A stretch of DNA of 64,000 nt. It comes from Dendrobates tinctorius (Eukaryota). Numbering within the stretch: position 1 is the first letter of the stretch; each line of letters begins with the position of its first letter. The notes under the pieces were generated by a model. It was not told the DNA's origin, made no database searches, and saw only the letters and a program-made list of their open reading frames with translations. A program made the position numbers and the translations under genes. The stretch spans positions 19,592,001 to 19,656,000 of the forward strand of contig NW_027361696.1 in NCBI RefSeq assembly GCF_039654945.1, read 5' to 3'. Positions 1 to 13,159 of the stretch are shown here, in pieces.

Positions 1-129
1 GCAGGAACCTTCTTTCCATCACTTCCTAGCACGCATTGCTCCTGGTCAGTGTTCAGTGGTTCGCCTTCCCTGAACAGAAAGACAATCTCTTGGGTATGCT
101 ATATGTTGTCTATCAGATGGTGGAGCCCC

Positions 130-720
130 CGCTTTCAGTAAAGGGACAAAAACCTTCCCCAGCTTCCAGTAGAGGAACAAAGACCCACCCCAGCTTCTGG
201 TAGAGGGACAGAACACCCACCACTGCTTCCAGTAGAAGGACAAAGACCCGCCCCCGCTTCCAGTAGGGTGACAAAGACCCGCCCCCAGTAGAGGGACAAA
301 GACCTACCCCCGCTTCCAGTTGAGGGACAAAGACCTGTCCTCGCTTCCTGTAGGACAAAGACATGCCCCGCTTCAAGTAGAGGGACAATGACCCACCCCT
401 GCTTTCAGTAGAGGGACAAAGACCCATCCTCCCTTCCTGTAGGACAAAGACTGACCCCACTTCCAGTAGAGGGACAAAGACCTGACATTGTTTCCTATAG
501 GACAAAGACCTGCCCCCACTTCCTGCAATGAGACAAAAACCCACCAACAATTTCTGTAGCGAGGGAAAGACTTCTTCCTGTATAGAGACAAAGACCCGTC
601 CCCGCATCCTGTAGAGGGACAAAGATTCGTCCCCAGCTTCCTGCACAAGGACAAAGACCCCCCCACTGCTTCCTATAGAAAAAGACCCTACTCCTGAAGA
701 AGGACAAAGACCTGACATTG
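130..720. repeat. degenerate ~30-bp minisatellite
   Basis: Recurrent GCTTCCAGTAGAGGGACAAAGACC. Confidence 0.85.
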
Positions 721-1942
721 CTTTGGGTAATCTGGCTCGAGGTCTCTCCTGCAATAAATGGATTACATGTGCCATCTGACAGTGGTCAGCAAGTTGGGGC
801 CACAGTGTGGAGGGATTTTTCAGGGACAGAACAACATAATCTTTAAATATTAATAATTTTCATCTCTCACATGATCCAATGAAATGAAGGCTGATGGTAG
901 GTTGAGTGTTTGACCCTATGGATGTACACGAGTGCTGCCATTCACTGACTGCAAGCAGAAATCTCATGAGGATACTGCAGGATTTCATGATTCACCTTCA
1001 TTTATGTAATGTGGACTAGCCCTTTATTTATGTATTTGGGATTTTGCCGGGATTGACCCTTTACTGACTCACCCTCTGCATACCTGACATTTATCTAATG
1101 TCATCGAGCTTGTTCCGTCGTTGCCGGTGGCAAGGACGGCGCCTTCCCCTCCCCCACGATCCGCGCTCATCAAATATCACTGAATTTATTACAAAGAACC
1201 GGATAGAGGAGCAATAATTGTAGAATATCATTGCTGAAGTTCCAGGACGAGGACCCCGTTTCCCTTTAGGGGCCTCGGAATATTGTGTCTCCAATCACCT
1301 CCATAGCTGCAATTACAATATTGCTCACTTCCTGTGGTACAGGCAATGCATTGTGGGAGCTCAGATGATAGCTACATAGGGCAAAGGTCACAGATAGGTG
1401 GGTGGAGCTAACCATGTACTGTTGTCGAATGCAGCTCTGGATGTGATTGGAGGAAATTACAAAATACCATTAAAATCGTTAATAAATAAAAAATTCACTA
1501 CCACAACGAGACACGCTGGATAGTTTACTCGACTCACAGTAACTAGGGAGGCGCTTCCTCTGCATCAGCATTCTGCCAGCACTATAGGAGCAGGAACTTT
1601 CTTTTCCATCACTTCCCAGCATGCATGTTATGTATCAACCTCCAAATACATGTAAAGATCAGGACTGGAAAATGAAAAATATACTGGGTCCTATAGATAG
1701 TAACCAGCACATACAGAAAGAGCGCCCCTTCCACCCTAAAAAAAGAAACGGCTTATAAATACATTGTACGTTCCTGAGTCGCAATCTTGCGTGGCGGGTA
1801 TCTCCTATACGGGCGACACTATTGCTGTGTCCATTGCAATTGGCACCTAAGTGTCAGTCTTCACTGTCGTTCAGGAATCTCATATGTGATCCAGAGAGAT
1901 GATCACCGTTGTAGATGTGGGCAGAGTTGGCACAGCGATGGC

Positions 1943-4900
1943 TCAGTCCATGGGTGTGTTCAGCTGGTGGACCTGCATCTCCTGCTCCAAATCAAAGAGG
2001 TTGACGGAATCGGCAGCAGTGACGGGCAGCGGGTCGGTGCTGTGGTCTTTATAGTTCTGCAGGAGGTGCTCATGGCCCAGAGTGGCGGAATATATGGAGT
2101 CCGTCTCCCCGCGAAGGGTCAGCACGTTCCTCAGCGACAGCCCCAGGCGCGGGGCACTGTTGGAGTTGTGCACAGACAGCGAAATGACTCTGGAGCGTCT
2201 GCAGCAGGGCAGGTACTTCCCCATGGCACGCTTGAAGTCTCTCATGAAGAGGGGATAGATGATGGGGTTCATGGTGCTGTTACAGTATCCGAGCCATGTG
2301 AGGATGTCAAACAAGCCCGGGGGGACGCAGTCACAGACAGCCTGCAGAGCACAGCAAGAGAACGGTCAACACATCAGACACAAGGAAGAAGATGCCAGCG
2401 TAATATCATTTAAAGGGAATCTGCCTCCGGGGTCGGGACTTGTACATAAAGATTTCTTATAAATGCACTAATAATATTAGCACCAAGCGCCAAATACACA
2501 ACCTTCTATTGAGCCAATAGGAGAGCTTGTAAATGGATTTTATTAAGCCCCTCCCCTCTATCAGACAGAGGGAGGTGTCAGCAATCACTGAAGATCACTG
2601 CAGATCACTGTGCCTAATAAGTGGTGAGCCCACCTCGCCCGCTTACCTGAACCATGTTGGCGATAAAAAACGGAAGCCACGCCACGAAAAACATGCCCAG
2701 GAGGATGCCCAGCGTCAGACTTGCCTTGAGTGCCTTCTTACTGTGCTTCGTGACAAACCGCCTCCCCTCCACGACTGGAACCGCCAGCACCTGGGATGAT
2801 ACCGGAGGAAAAGGTAGATGTGAATATATGGACCCATAGCTCGTCAGTCACAGGGCAACTGTGACCCAGGGATGCACAAACATCTCCCCTCCTTCCATAA
2901 ACAGCGCCACTCTTATCCATGGACTTGTCTGGTATTGCAGTTTTTAGGACTGAGCTGCAATTCCAGACACGAGTGGCGCTTATTCTCAGAAAGATATCAG
3001 ATACTAGCAGGGAAGCAGCAGCATTGTGAATGCAGCTCTGGAGGCTGTAAGCTGCACAGTGTGAGGGCGGGGAGTGATCTGTAATAAGCTGCAGTGTATT
3101 CATCACTATTTGCAAGATCTCCGCTTGCTGTCACTGACTTGGAACATTCCTCCTGACATCCATGGTCTGATGGCATTAACCTAATATTACCAAGTAGAGC
3201 AATAAGTGATATAAGCCAAGTTATCTCACATGTAAATACAATCACATATACCTTATAAAGAGCAATGCTAGACTACAATGTTTCAGCACGTATAGCGGTG
3301 ACGATGGATACACACAGGGTCAGCCTTATACTGAGGGGAAAATAAGTTTTTGATACGCTGCCGATTTTGAAAGTTTTCGCACTTACAAAGAATGAAAAGG
3401 TCTGTAATTTTTATGGTACACTTCACCCGAGAGACAGAATCTAGAGATAAAATCCAGAAAATCACATTGTATGATTATTACATAATTAATTTCCATTTTA
3501 TTGCATGAAAGAGGTATTTGATACAAGAGAAAAACAGAACTTAATATTGTTACATAATTAATTTGCATTTTATTGCATGAAATAAATATTTGATACAATA
3601 TAAAACAGAACTTAATATTTGGTCCTGAAACCTTTGTTTGCAGTTACAGAGGTCAGACGCTTCCTGTAGTTCTTGACCACGTTTGCACACATTGCAGCAG
3701 GGATTTTGGCTCCCTCCGCCATACAGATCTTCTCCAGATCTTTTGGTTTTTGGGCCTGTCACTGGGCAACATTGAATTTCAGCTCCCTCCAAAGATTTTC
3801 TATTGGGTTCAGGTCTGGAGACTGGCTAGGCCACTTCAGGCCTTAAATATGCTTCTTACAGAGCCGCTCCTTTGTTGCCCTGGCTGTGTGTTTCCAGTCA
3901 TTGTCATGCTAGAAGACCCAGCCACGACCCATCTCCAATGCTCTTACTGAGGGAAGGAGGTTGTTGGCTGAAATCTTGCGATACATGACCCCATCCATCC
4001 TCTCTTCATTACGGTGCAGTCATCCTGTCCCCTTTGCAGAAAAGCACCCCCAAAGTTTGATGTTTCCCCCACCTGTCATGATCCAGGTCAGGGTTTGCTT
4101 TCTGCTTCCCCACCTGGTCAGGCGGGGGTTAACCTTCTCTACCTCTCTCTGGTGTATGGGTGGCTATTTCTTTGCGCTGTGGCTGGCAACTGATGTCAGT
4201 GATGGTTCATGTCTTCGGCGAGAGCAGCTGACCTAGCATACCCTGAGTGAGTTCTTTGCTTCCTGTCTGCCCATACTTGTATGTGCCCCATTCCCTACCT
4301 CTGACTTAAGTGTTTTCTGTGTAACTGACCCCCCACCCCCCTGCAGTGTATGACCTGGCTTGACTTCTGACCTGGCCTTCTGTCTTCCGTTCCTGTTTTG
4401 GTTTGTTCTGTGTGGCCCTGATCTTTGGCGTGTTTCTGGCTGTGCTTTCGTCTTATTCTCTTGCAACAGTGCTCCCAACCGGCTTTTTGACCTCTGGCTT
4501 GCTTCAGACCTTGTTCCTGCCTTCCCCTCTGACGCTGCGTTCCTGGCTGTTGCTGATTTGGCTTGTACGACCTCTCAACTGCCCCCTAGCAGAGCTTTCT
4601 CAGCTCTACAGGTCTTCGCTTGAGGTGAGCTCCTGTTACCTCCCTGCCTTGCCCTGTGGTGGTTGTTCCTGTATCTCACACCACCATGCTACATGGTTGG
4701 GACGGCGTTCTTGGGGTTATACTCATCCTTCACCTTCCTCCAAACACAGCGAGTGGAGTTAATACCTAAACGTTCTATTTTGGTCTAATCTGACCACATG
4801 ACCTTCTACCATGCCTCCTCTGGATCATTCAGGAGATCATTGGTGAACTTCAAACAGGTCTGGACATGAGCTAGCATGAGCAGGGACACCTTGCGTTCCC

Positions 4901-7900
4901 CGAATGATTTTAATCCATGAAGGTGTAGTATGTTACTAACAGTAATGTTTGAGACTGTGGTCCCAGCTCTCTTGAAGTCATTGACCAGGTACTTCAGAGT
5001 AGTTCGGGGAAGATTCCTGAGCTTTCTCAGAATGATCCTTACACTGCAAGGCGAGATCTTGCATGGAGCCCCAGACCGAGGAAGATGGGACAGTCATCTG
5101 GTGTTTCTTCCATTTTCTAATAATTGTGCCAACAGTTGCCTTCTCTTCAAGCCGCTTGCCTATTGTCCTTTATCCCATCCCAGCCTCGTTCAGGTCTTTA
5201 GTTATGTCCCTGGCTCTTTGTTCCTGGCCATGGAGGAGAGGTTGGAGTGTGATTGAATGTGTGGACAGGTGTCTTTTATAACAGGTGCAATTAATATAGG
5301 TAATGAGGTATGGTAATTTTAAAGAAAATTAACAGATCTGCGAGAACCAGAATTGTTGCTGGTTGGTCAGTGATCAAATACTTAATTAAATTACATTTTA
5401 TTGCATTAAATATGTAAAAATCATACAATGTGATCTTCTGGATTTTATTTTTAGATTCTGTCTCTCGGGAGAAGTGTAGCTATGATAAAAATGAGAGACC
5501 TCTCCATTCTTAGTAGGTGGGAAAACTGGCAAAATTGGCAGTGTATCAAATCCTTTTTTTCCCTCAGTATAAGGCTGACCCTGTGTGTAACCATTGTCAC
5601 CGTTATAGGTGCTGATATAGTGTAGTCTAGCATTGCTCTTTATAAGGTATATTGGTTATTTATGAATATGTATTAGGATCTTCTATTTTTCTGGGTGATA
5701 TTTGTAATAATAATGCGCCTCCTAATTTGTAACCACACTGCCCGACATTTGTGTGTTTTTTAACGGATCTTTTTAAGGGTTTTTTAAATGGGATTTTGTG
5801 TCTGCTTATGTGTTTGAACTAACAACTAAGGCTAGTTTCACACTAGCGTTTACGCGACGCAGCGCACGGCGCCGCTAAGCCCCGCCCCCTGCCAGCTCCC
5901 TGCCCGCCTCATCCGGTCATCGCTGCCTACTATCGCACATGGACGCTTGCGATCTGCGCACCCTATCTTTAGCATAGGGTGCGCAGATCGTGCGCTGGCC
6001 GTGCGTTAGTAGGATTTTGGCGTGCGCTGCGCACTTTTGAAGGTGCGCCCGTGCGTGCCGAGCGCAGCATGTTGCATTTCGGCGCGCACGGCGCACCTTC
6101 AAAAGTGCGCAGTGCACGCCAAAATTCTACTAGCGCACGGCCAGCGCCCGATCTGTGCACCCTATGCTAAAGATAGGGTGCGCAGATCGCAAGCGTCCAT
6201 GTGCGATAGTAGGCGGCGATGACCGGATGTGGCGGGCAGGGGGCGGGGCTTAGCGGCGCCGTGCGCTGCGTCGAATAAACGCTAGTGTGAAACTAGCCTA
6301 AGATTGTATTTACATGTGAGATAACTCTGCTTATATCACTTATTGCTCTTCTTGTGATGGTACCTCCTATATTTATTGGTATCTAGATTTATACTGAAAT
6401 GGGTCTATATATCCTATTTTTTGTATTAATGGTCTGCACTGGATGCAAAAAAATCTTAAGTCAATCAGCTGCATGGATCTGCTTCCTGTTCCGATAGTTT
6501 GTTACAATGTATCACTGCAGGTGAAATGTAGCATAGTGAAGTCCAAATTATGCAGCTGGATGCAATAGTAACAAATCTCCAGATGTGGTTTATTCACAAG
6601 TGATGGATTGTGGTGCAGATTCTGCATCAAATTCAGCAACAATCCACATCCCATAAAGACGTGACTGATCGTGGGGTGTCGAAGTGACCGATTGTGGGGT
6701 GTCGAAATGACCGAAGTGTCAGGGGGTTATGTTTACTGGTAATAAATGTGTTTTTATCTTGGGCATGGAAGACCTTGTGCAGATCCTCGCTGCGCCCCCT
6801 CCTCCCGGGCTCTCACTGAGTTGGCAGCAGTTACCCCGCAGCAGAGGGTAGAGGGGTGTGGATGTTTTATGCACGCTCCGTGTGCTGGAGAGGAGCCTGA
6901 CAGGAGACTGTAGCCCACAGTTCTCATGTTCAGGACTGGTAACATATTACTATGGGTGTAGGGGGATGATGTGACTCATCACAGCGGCTGTTCTGCAGCG
7001 TAAGTCGCGTCCAAGCAGCAAAGTGACAATAAGAAGCCCAGTGTCAGGAGAACGGCACTGACAACGGACAAAACAACATATATTTGCCACCTGAAGAGAC
7101 GCCATGCTCTGATCTGCGACTCCTGCCCAGCACAATACATGTTTTGATACTAACACTAATGACCACAAGGTGTCATTGTTGGAACAATGTATCGCCACCT
7201 TAAGGCCATAGCTGGTAATAATGCACTTCAGCTTTATCTCTAGGGGCTTGATTGGTGAATGAGGGGTTTAGGATCCCCCAGTCTCGTGATTGGTCCTGGT
7301 TGCTTCAGTTGGATCCTAAGCAATCGTACACTGATCAGTTGTCCTGTGGCTCGGTGATAAATATGTTTATTAGGAATTTTTTTTTTTTATTATTTCCTAG
7401 TTGGAGAGGAAGTTATATAATTATAACATGCTGTAAAGTATAATCATTCACTAACTGTAAAGAACTGTGTTATTTCCATCATGACGCCTAGAGTGTCAAA
7501 GCTACAACTCCACAAGGATCAACTCTCAGTCAAGATGGGGTGCAGTGTACATTAATGAGAAAAAATGAATTTACCAAATGGCTACAATGAAACAAAGAGT
7601 GAAAAATTTAAAGGGGTTGAATACTTTCCGTACCCACTGTATGTACACTGCACAGTACCACTCCTCTTGTGTGAAATTTTTTTTTTTTTCAGGACTCTTT
7701 ATTCTTAATGATATTGGCTGGTTGTTTGTGTTTTTGTCCAGCTGCAAAATATATTTTGAACCAGTCAGATGCCTCCCTGATGGTATTATACACTGGAAAA
7801 GTACCTTCCTGCATTTCTCAGCATTGATGATGACACCTGACCAAACGTCTCTGAACAGCAGATGGTGTAGTTGGATCGCACTGCTTGCTTCCAGTTCTGA

Positions 7901-9289
7901 GCTGATGGCACTGCTGAACATCTTCATGATGTGTCTCATCTGCTGTACTAAGTTTACTTGGCCAACCACTGCATCTACGGTTCTCAGCGTTGCCCATTTC
8001 TTGGTGTCCTCACTAAGGAAAAATCCAGGCAGATACATGTAATACCATCAGGAGGTGACTGATTGGTTCCAGATTTATTCTGCAGCAGGACAACGACCCC
8101 CAACATCCAGCCAATTTCATTAAGGACAAGCAGTCATGGAGGATATCTGGGGTCAGTTCTCCAAGATGTTTGGTACAACCGCCTGCTGAGATCCTCCATA
8201 ACCTGTGTACAAGTGACGAGAAGAAGTGATGGAGATGATGGGCGGTCACCAGATACTGATGATGGAGGGGGCCACCAGATACTGATGATGGAGGTGACGG
8301 GTGGTCACCAGATATTGATGATGGAGGGGGATGAGCGGTCATCAGATACTGATGATGGAGGTGGGGGGTGGTCACTAGATACTGATGATGGAGGCGACGA
8401 GTGGTCACCAGATTCTGATGATGAAGGCAATGGGCGGTCACCAGATACTGATGATGGAGGCAATGGGCAGTCACCAGATACTAATATAGCTATTGATAGG
8501 TACAGGTCACCGATTCACAGATTTTGGGCCTTTGCAGGTTGTTGGTGTAGTGGTACTTACCTGCACATGATTAAAAGATGCATTAGGAACATTCGTTGTC
8601 AAAGAAGCCACCTGGACTGCCTGCTTTCTGGCCGCCAGTAGGATCCTGCAGTAGGTAAATGAGATGGCTGCTGATGGGAGAAAAAACGTCAGACAAGAGG
8701 CGATCAAGGCGTACGGTAAGCTGACTATCAGACGGCACTGCTTCTCCGACATAAATGTCAGGTTGGACGATAAGTCGAAGCCTGGCTCGTGCCACCCCAT
8801 CTCAATGGGCAAGAAAGAAGCCAAAGCAGCCAATGTCCATGTGGCCAAAATCAATCCCAGCGCCCTGCAGGACGTCATTCGGAGTTTGTACTTGAGCGGG
8901 GAGATAATAAGCAGGTAGCGGTCCAGACTGATAACGCACAGGTTGAGTATGGATGCACTGCAACACATGACATCAAAGGAATACCATACACAGCAGAACT
9001 CGGCATCCAAGATCCACCTCCCATAGAGTTCATTCAGCATGGCAGGAGGCATCACCACTAGGCCCACCATGAGGTCTGACATGAAGAGAGACACTAGGAA
9101 GTAGTTGGAGGTATTTCTGAGGGATCTCTGTGTGAAGATGAGTAAGATAAGTAGTGAGTTGCCTAACGTGGTGAGAAAGATGATCAAGCAAAGGAAGGCC
9201 GCCATCCAGACCCGACGTCCATTGGGAAATGCCCCCTCTGCCTCTTTGCCATACAGTCCATTCCAATGTTCATCCATTTGGTGAGCCAT
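1943..9289 (-). CDS. htr6: 5-hydroxytryptamine receptor 6 (class A GPCR), 3 coding exons, 423 aa
   Basis: Exons on the minus strand: 9289-8561 (ATG to NHVQ, followed by gtaagt), 2790-2647 (VLAVP...[30 protein letters not shown]), 2341-1943 ([39 protein letters not shown] to stop). All introns are GT-AG, phase 0. Motifs [28 protein letters not shown] and NPIIY match 5-HT6. Confidence 0.96.
3331..5567 (-). mobile_element. degenerate Tc1/mariner DNA transposon in htr6 intron 1
   Basis: About 200-bp imperfect terminal inverted repeats (CTGAGGGGAAAATAAG... / ...TTTTTTCCCTCAG) flanked by TA. Internal sequence resembles a decayed Tc1 transposase on the minus strand; no intact ORF. Confidence 0.85.
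4074..4680. mobile_element. solo LTR (607 bp) inserted in the Tc1 element
   Basis: TG...CA termini (TGTCATGA...TCTCACA) and a 5-bp TSD CCACC at 4069-4073 and 4681-4685. Tc1-like sequence continues across the insertion. Confidence 0.85.
5830..6298. mobile_element. palindromic MITE, PIF/Harbinger-like
   Basis: TIR GGCTAGTTTCACACTAGCG / CGCTAGTGTGAAACTAGCC with TAA on both sides. Nearly the whole 469 bp is self-complementary. Confidence 0.9.
7575..8220. mobile_element. Tc1-like fragments (terminus plus rearranged transposase remnants)
   Basis: Terminus-like ...GAATACTTTCCGTACCCACTG-TA at ~7620-7640. Remnants such as FILQQDNDP on the plus strand (~8074-8100) and YILQLDKNT on the minus strand. 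Confidence 0.6.
8230..8482. repeat. ~33-bp minisatellite
   Basis: Recurrent GGTCACCAGATACTGATGATGGAGG. Confidence 0.85.
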
Positions 9290-10894
9290 CAAAGACCTTT
9301 CTACTAAGAGGTGAACATTGCATGTGTCTCCTCTTTGCCAAGTGTCTCTCCATCGATCCTAGACCTTCTCCACCATTGTGACCGTGGATCTCTCTTCACC
9401 ACTATTTCCACTCTGCTCCCATCTTACCTTGCCCCTTCACCATCCTGATCCTGACTTATCTTCTTAATTCCCCCACCACCCTTGTATAGGTTCTGTCTTT
9501 TATTTTCCACCATTTTTGTACCGTTTTAACTCCACCAACCAAATACTGTTTTCTTAACATCACTTTCTCCACCATCCTTGTCCTGTGTTATCTTCTTCCT
9601 TTCTTCACCACCCAGATGATAGTCCAGTGTTTTATTTTCTCTCCTATCTTAACCCCGTCTTATCCTCTCAACTTCTCCACTTTCCTGGGCCGATCCTGTG
9701 TTCTCACCCTTTTCACCACGCAGATCTTGGTCCTGTCTGAGCTTCTCACTTTCTCTACAATATTGGTATCATCTTACCACTGCAGCGTCTCAAATGTTCT
9801 AGTCATGTCTTACCATTTCACCTTCTCCACATTCCTAGTCCTCTTTTCTCACCTTTACCATCCATATCTTTGTCCCGTCTTAGCTTCTAACCTTCTTCAT
9901 TATTTTGGTCATGTCTTTTCCTTGCACCTTTTATCCAGTCCTATTCTTGTCTTACCCTCTCGCCTTCTTCACCACCCTTACCTAGGTTCCATATCCTTGC
10001 ATGGTTTCTGCTTTCCTGGTTCTATCTTATCTTCCCACCTTCTTCCCTATCCTGGTCTTTGCCTTGTAGCTTCTCTACTGTTCTGGTCTTGTCTTAGCCT
10101 CTTGTCTTCCCCACTATCTTGATTTTATTCTCATGTTATCTTCTCCCTTTCCACTGTCCTGGTCCTGCTTTATCTGCTCAACTTCTTCACTGCCCTGGTC
10201 CCATCTTCTCACCTTTTCCACCCTCTTGGTCCCTTATCTTCTTTGTCTTACCACCATCCAGACCTTGGTTCCTTTGTATCCTCTCACCTTCGCCACCATC
10301 CTGCTTCCTTCCTATAGGCTCACCTTCTTGGCTTTGCTTCTCTTGTATTATTTCTTACTTTTTCTTCTCTGGTTAATTCTGAGGCTTTGTCCTCGTCTTC
10401 ACCGTCTCTAATAATAATCCTCTCGTTCCTTTTCCTGCAGTTTATTGTGTCTTCGTCTCGTTGTCACTTCTTCTCTGTGAGACCCTCCTCGCTGTCTCCA
10501 CCATACCTCCCCCTGGAGGAGCAGAACCGGCAGAGGCGATGTTATCACATGTAGCAGCCGTCAGAAGGAAGCAAATGTGAGATGAGTAGAAGGGAGCGGT
10601 GAGTGAGCAGCGTCTGACAGGGAAGTGATGGGAACTCCGGCGGCGGGTCCTCCTCTCACCAGCAGACATCTCCGGGCTTCCACGCCTCATCCAAACCCAT
10701 CCGATGCCAACACAGTGAATGTGACAGCGGCAGCGAGCGGGCGCCAGGACAGGGGCCCCCATATTCCTCCACGAGTCACAGCTCTGCAGGGGTTAATGTC
10801 AGACCGCGCCCCCCCCAGCTGATATATATATATATAAATGTTACAGGTCACTGATTTCTCATCATTATACTGGAGGGGGCATTATACCATGTAA

Positions 10895-11775
10895 TACACA
10901 CCTCAGCTGCTGCAGAACCTCATGATGCACATTTCAGCTGCTGCAGAACCTCATAATACACCTCAGCTGCCGCAGATCATCATAATACATCTCAGCTGCT
11001 GCAGAACATCACGATGCACATCTCAGCTGCTGCAGAACCTCATAATACACCTCAGCTGCCACAGATCATCATAATACACCTCAGCTGCTGCAGAACATCA
11101 CGATGCACATCTCAGCTGCTGCAGAACCTCATAATACACCTCAGTTGCACTGCATGATTCACTGCAGCAGAATCTCATAATACACCTCAGCTGCTGCAGA
11201 ACCTCATAATACACCTCAGCTGCTGCAGAACCTCATAATACACCTCAGCTGCTGCAGATCTTAATACACCTCAGCTGCTGCAGAATCTCATGATGCACAT
11301 TTCAGCTACTGCAGAACCTCATCATACACCTCAGCTGCTGCAGAACCTCATAATACACCTCAGCTGCTGCAGAATCTCATGATGCACATTTCAGCTGCTG
11401 CAGAACCTCATCACACACATCAGCTGCTGCAGAACCTCATAATACACCTCATCTGCTGCAGAACATCACGATGCACATCTCAGCTGCTGCAGAACCTCAT
11501 CATACACCTCAGTTGCACTGCATGATTCACTGCAGCAGAATCTCATAATACACATCAGCTGCTGCAGAACCTCATAATACACCTCAGCTGCTGCAGAACC
11601 TCATAATACACCTCAGCTGCTGCAGAACCTCATAATACACCTCAGCTGCTGCAGATCTTAATACAACTCAGCTGCTGCAGAATCTCATGATGCACATTTC
11701 AGCTGCTGCAGAACCTCATCATACACATCAGCTGCTGCAGAACCTCATAATACACCTCCGCTACTGCAAAACCTC
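10895..11775. repeat. ~29-bp minisatellite containing CAGCTG
   Basis: Recurrent CACCTCAGCTGCTGCAGAACCTCATAATA, about 30 units. Confidence 0.92.
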
Positions 11776-12990
11776 TTTTTGAAAACAGTGTACTGCCTTA
11801 TTAACTCCCATCTACCAGTAAATGTACGGTACATCACCCCAAAAGAAGCCTCTCGATCTGATCATCAATCACTGCTTTCTCAAAAGAAGTTCTACAGCAG
11901 GTAAGTTCTGTATTATACAATGTCTCAGCTGCTGCAGAACACCTTTCAGAATAATAAATAGCCTCAAGTAAAGCACTAAACGGACCGGAAATTCTAGATA
12001 CGAGGTGGCTATCATTTTGTAGCCCCCAGATGGAGCAGTCCATGGTGCTGAGACCCCCGCCTCGCGCTCCCATCATGTTCTTCAGCTTCTTTGCATCGTG
12101 TGCCTTTAAAAAAAAAAAAGGTCAACGAAATAGCGAGAGGTAACAGGGTGAGCAGCTCTGTATTCAGGACTGGCATAGAGCAGATGGTTCTTTACAGTGT
12201 GGCCAATCCTCAGGATAAATCTCCTGATGTTTGCTACAATGCATCAGTCTGGACTTCAGGAGAGGATACAATAGTAGCAAAAAACAAACCATCAGCTTTA
12301 AATTATTAGGCTTCTACTGGTTTTAGCCTCTTACAGCAAGCAGAGATCTTGAAAATAGTGAAGAATTAGCACCCAAGGTCTATTGGGAAAATTCAGAATA
12401 TTTCAATACACGATTATTATAAAGGGATTGTTGCCCTTTAAGAGCGAAGCATCATGAATTCTAGCGGCGTCTCCCGTCCAGCGGCGTGTAATTACTCGGG
12501 CTGTCATTATCCCCTCAGCTCCTCCATCTCATTACGAAACGCTTTCTTGGAGGACCCTCTGAGTGGTGATCACCTGACTGCGCCCCCCACTTCCCCTGTA
12601 AACTATTCACCATGCAGGGTGGTACAGGACCATTCCTAAATACACAGGGCGTACATAGAAATCATGGGGCCCCGTAGCAGATATCCTAATTGGGCCCCCA
12701 CTACTAAAAAAAAATAACTAATATTCATCGGGGACAAATAAAAGTAAACCCTACATCTTTGCAGCCTTTACAAAGTAATTTTGCCTCCGTTGAAGCCCTT
12801 AGTGTTCCCACAAACTAAGTTGCAAATATCCTGTCCCCCATAATGTATGATGTCAACAAAAGTGGCCCCTAAAACAGGGTGAGATACCCCCACAGTGAAT
12901 TCCTTCACAGTACCCACCACATGCACAGTATGATGACCCTGAAGACAGTGACCAAACACAGTATGATGGCCCCAAGACAGCCTTCTAAAC

Positions 12991-13150
12991 CAGGGTTCCC
13001 CAACTCCAGTCCTCAAGGCCCGCCAACAGGTCACGTTTTCAGGATTTCCTTAGTATTGCCCAGGTGATAATTGCATCACCTGTACAATACAAGGGAAATC
13101 CTGAAAACCTGACCTGTTGATGGGCCTTGAGGACGAGTTGGGGAACCCTG
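12991..13150. mobile_element. 160-bp hAT-type MITE
   Basis: TIR CAGGGTTCCCCAACTC / GAGTTGGGGAACCCTG with an exact 8-bp TSD TTCTAAAC at 12983-12990 and 13151-13158. Confidence 0.92.
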
Positions 13151-13159
13151 TTCTAAACA

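Noticed and set aside
1787-2413. 208-aa plus-strand ORF
   Set aside because: It is the antisense shadow of htr6 exon 3.
5830-6298. Long hairpin as a structured ncRNA or miRNA precursor
   Set aside because: TIRs and a TAA target duplication identify it as a MITE; there is no independent evidence of an RNA gene.
9300-10440. Leu/Ser/Phe-rich ORFs upstream of htr6
   Set aside because: Pyrimidine-rich degenerate low-complexity sequence with no coding signature.
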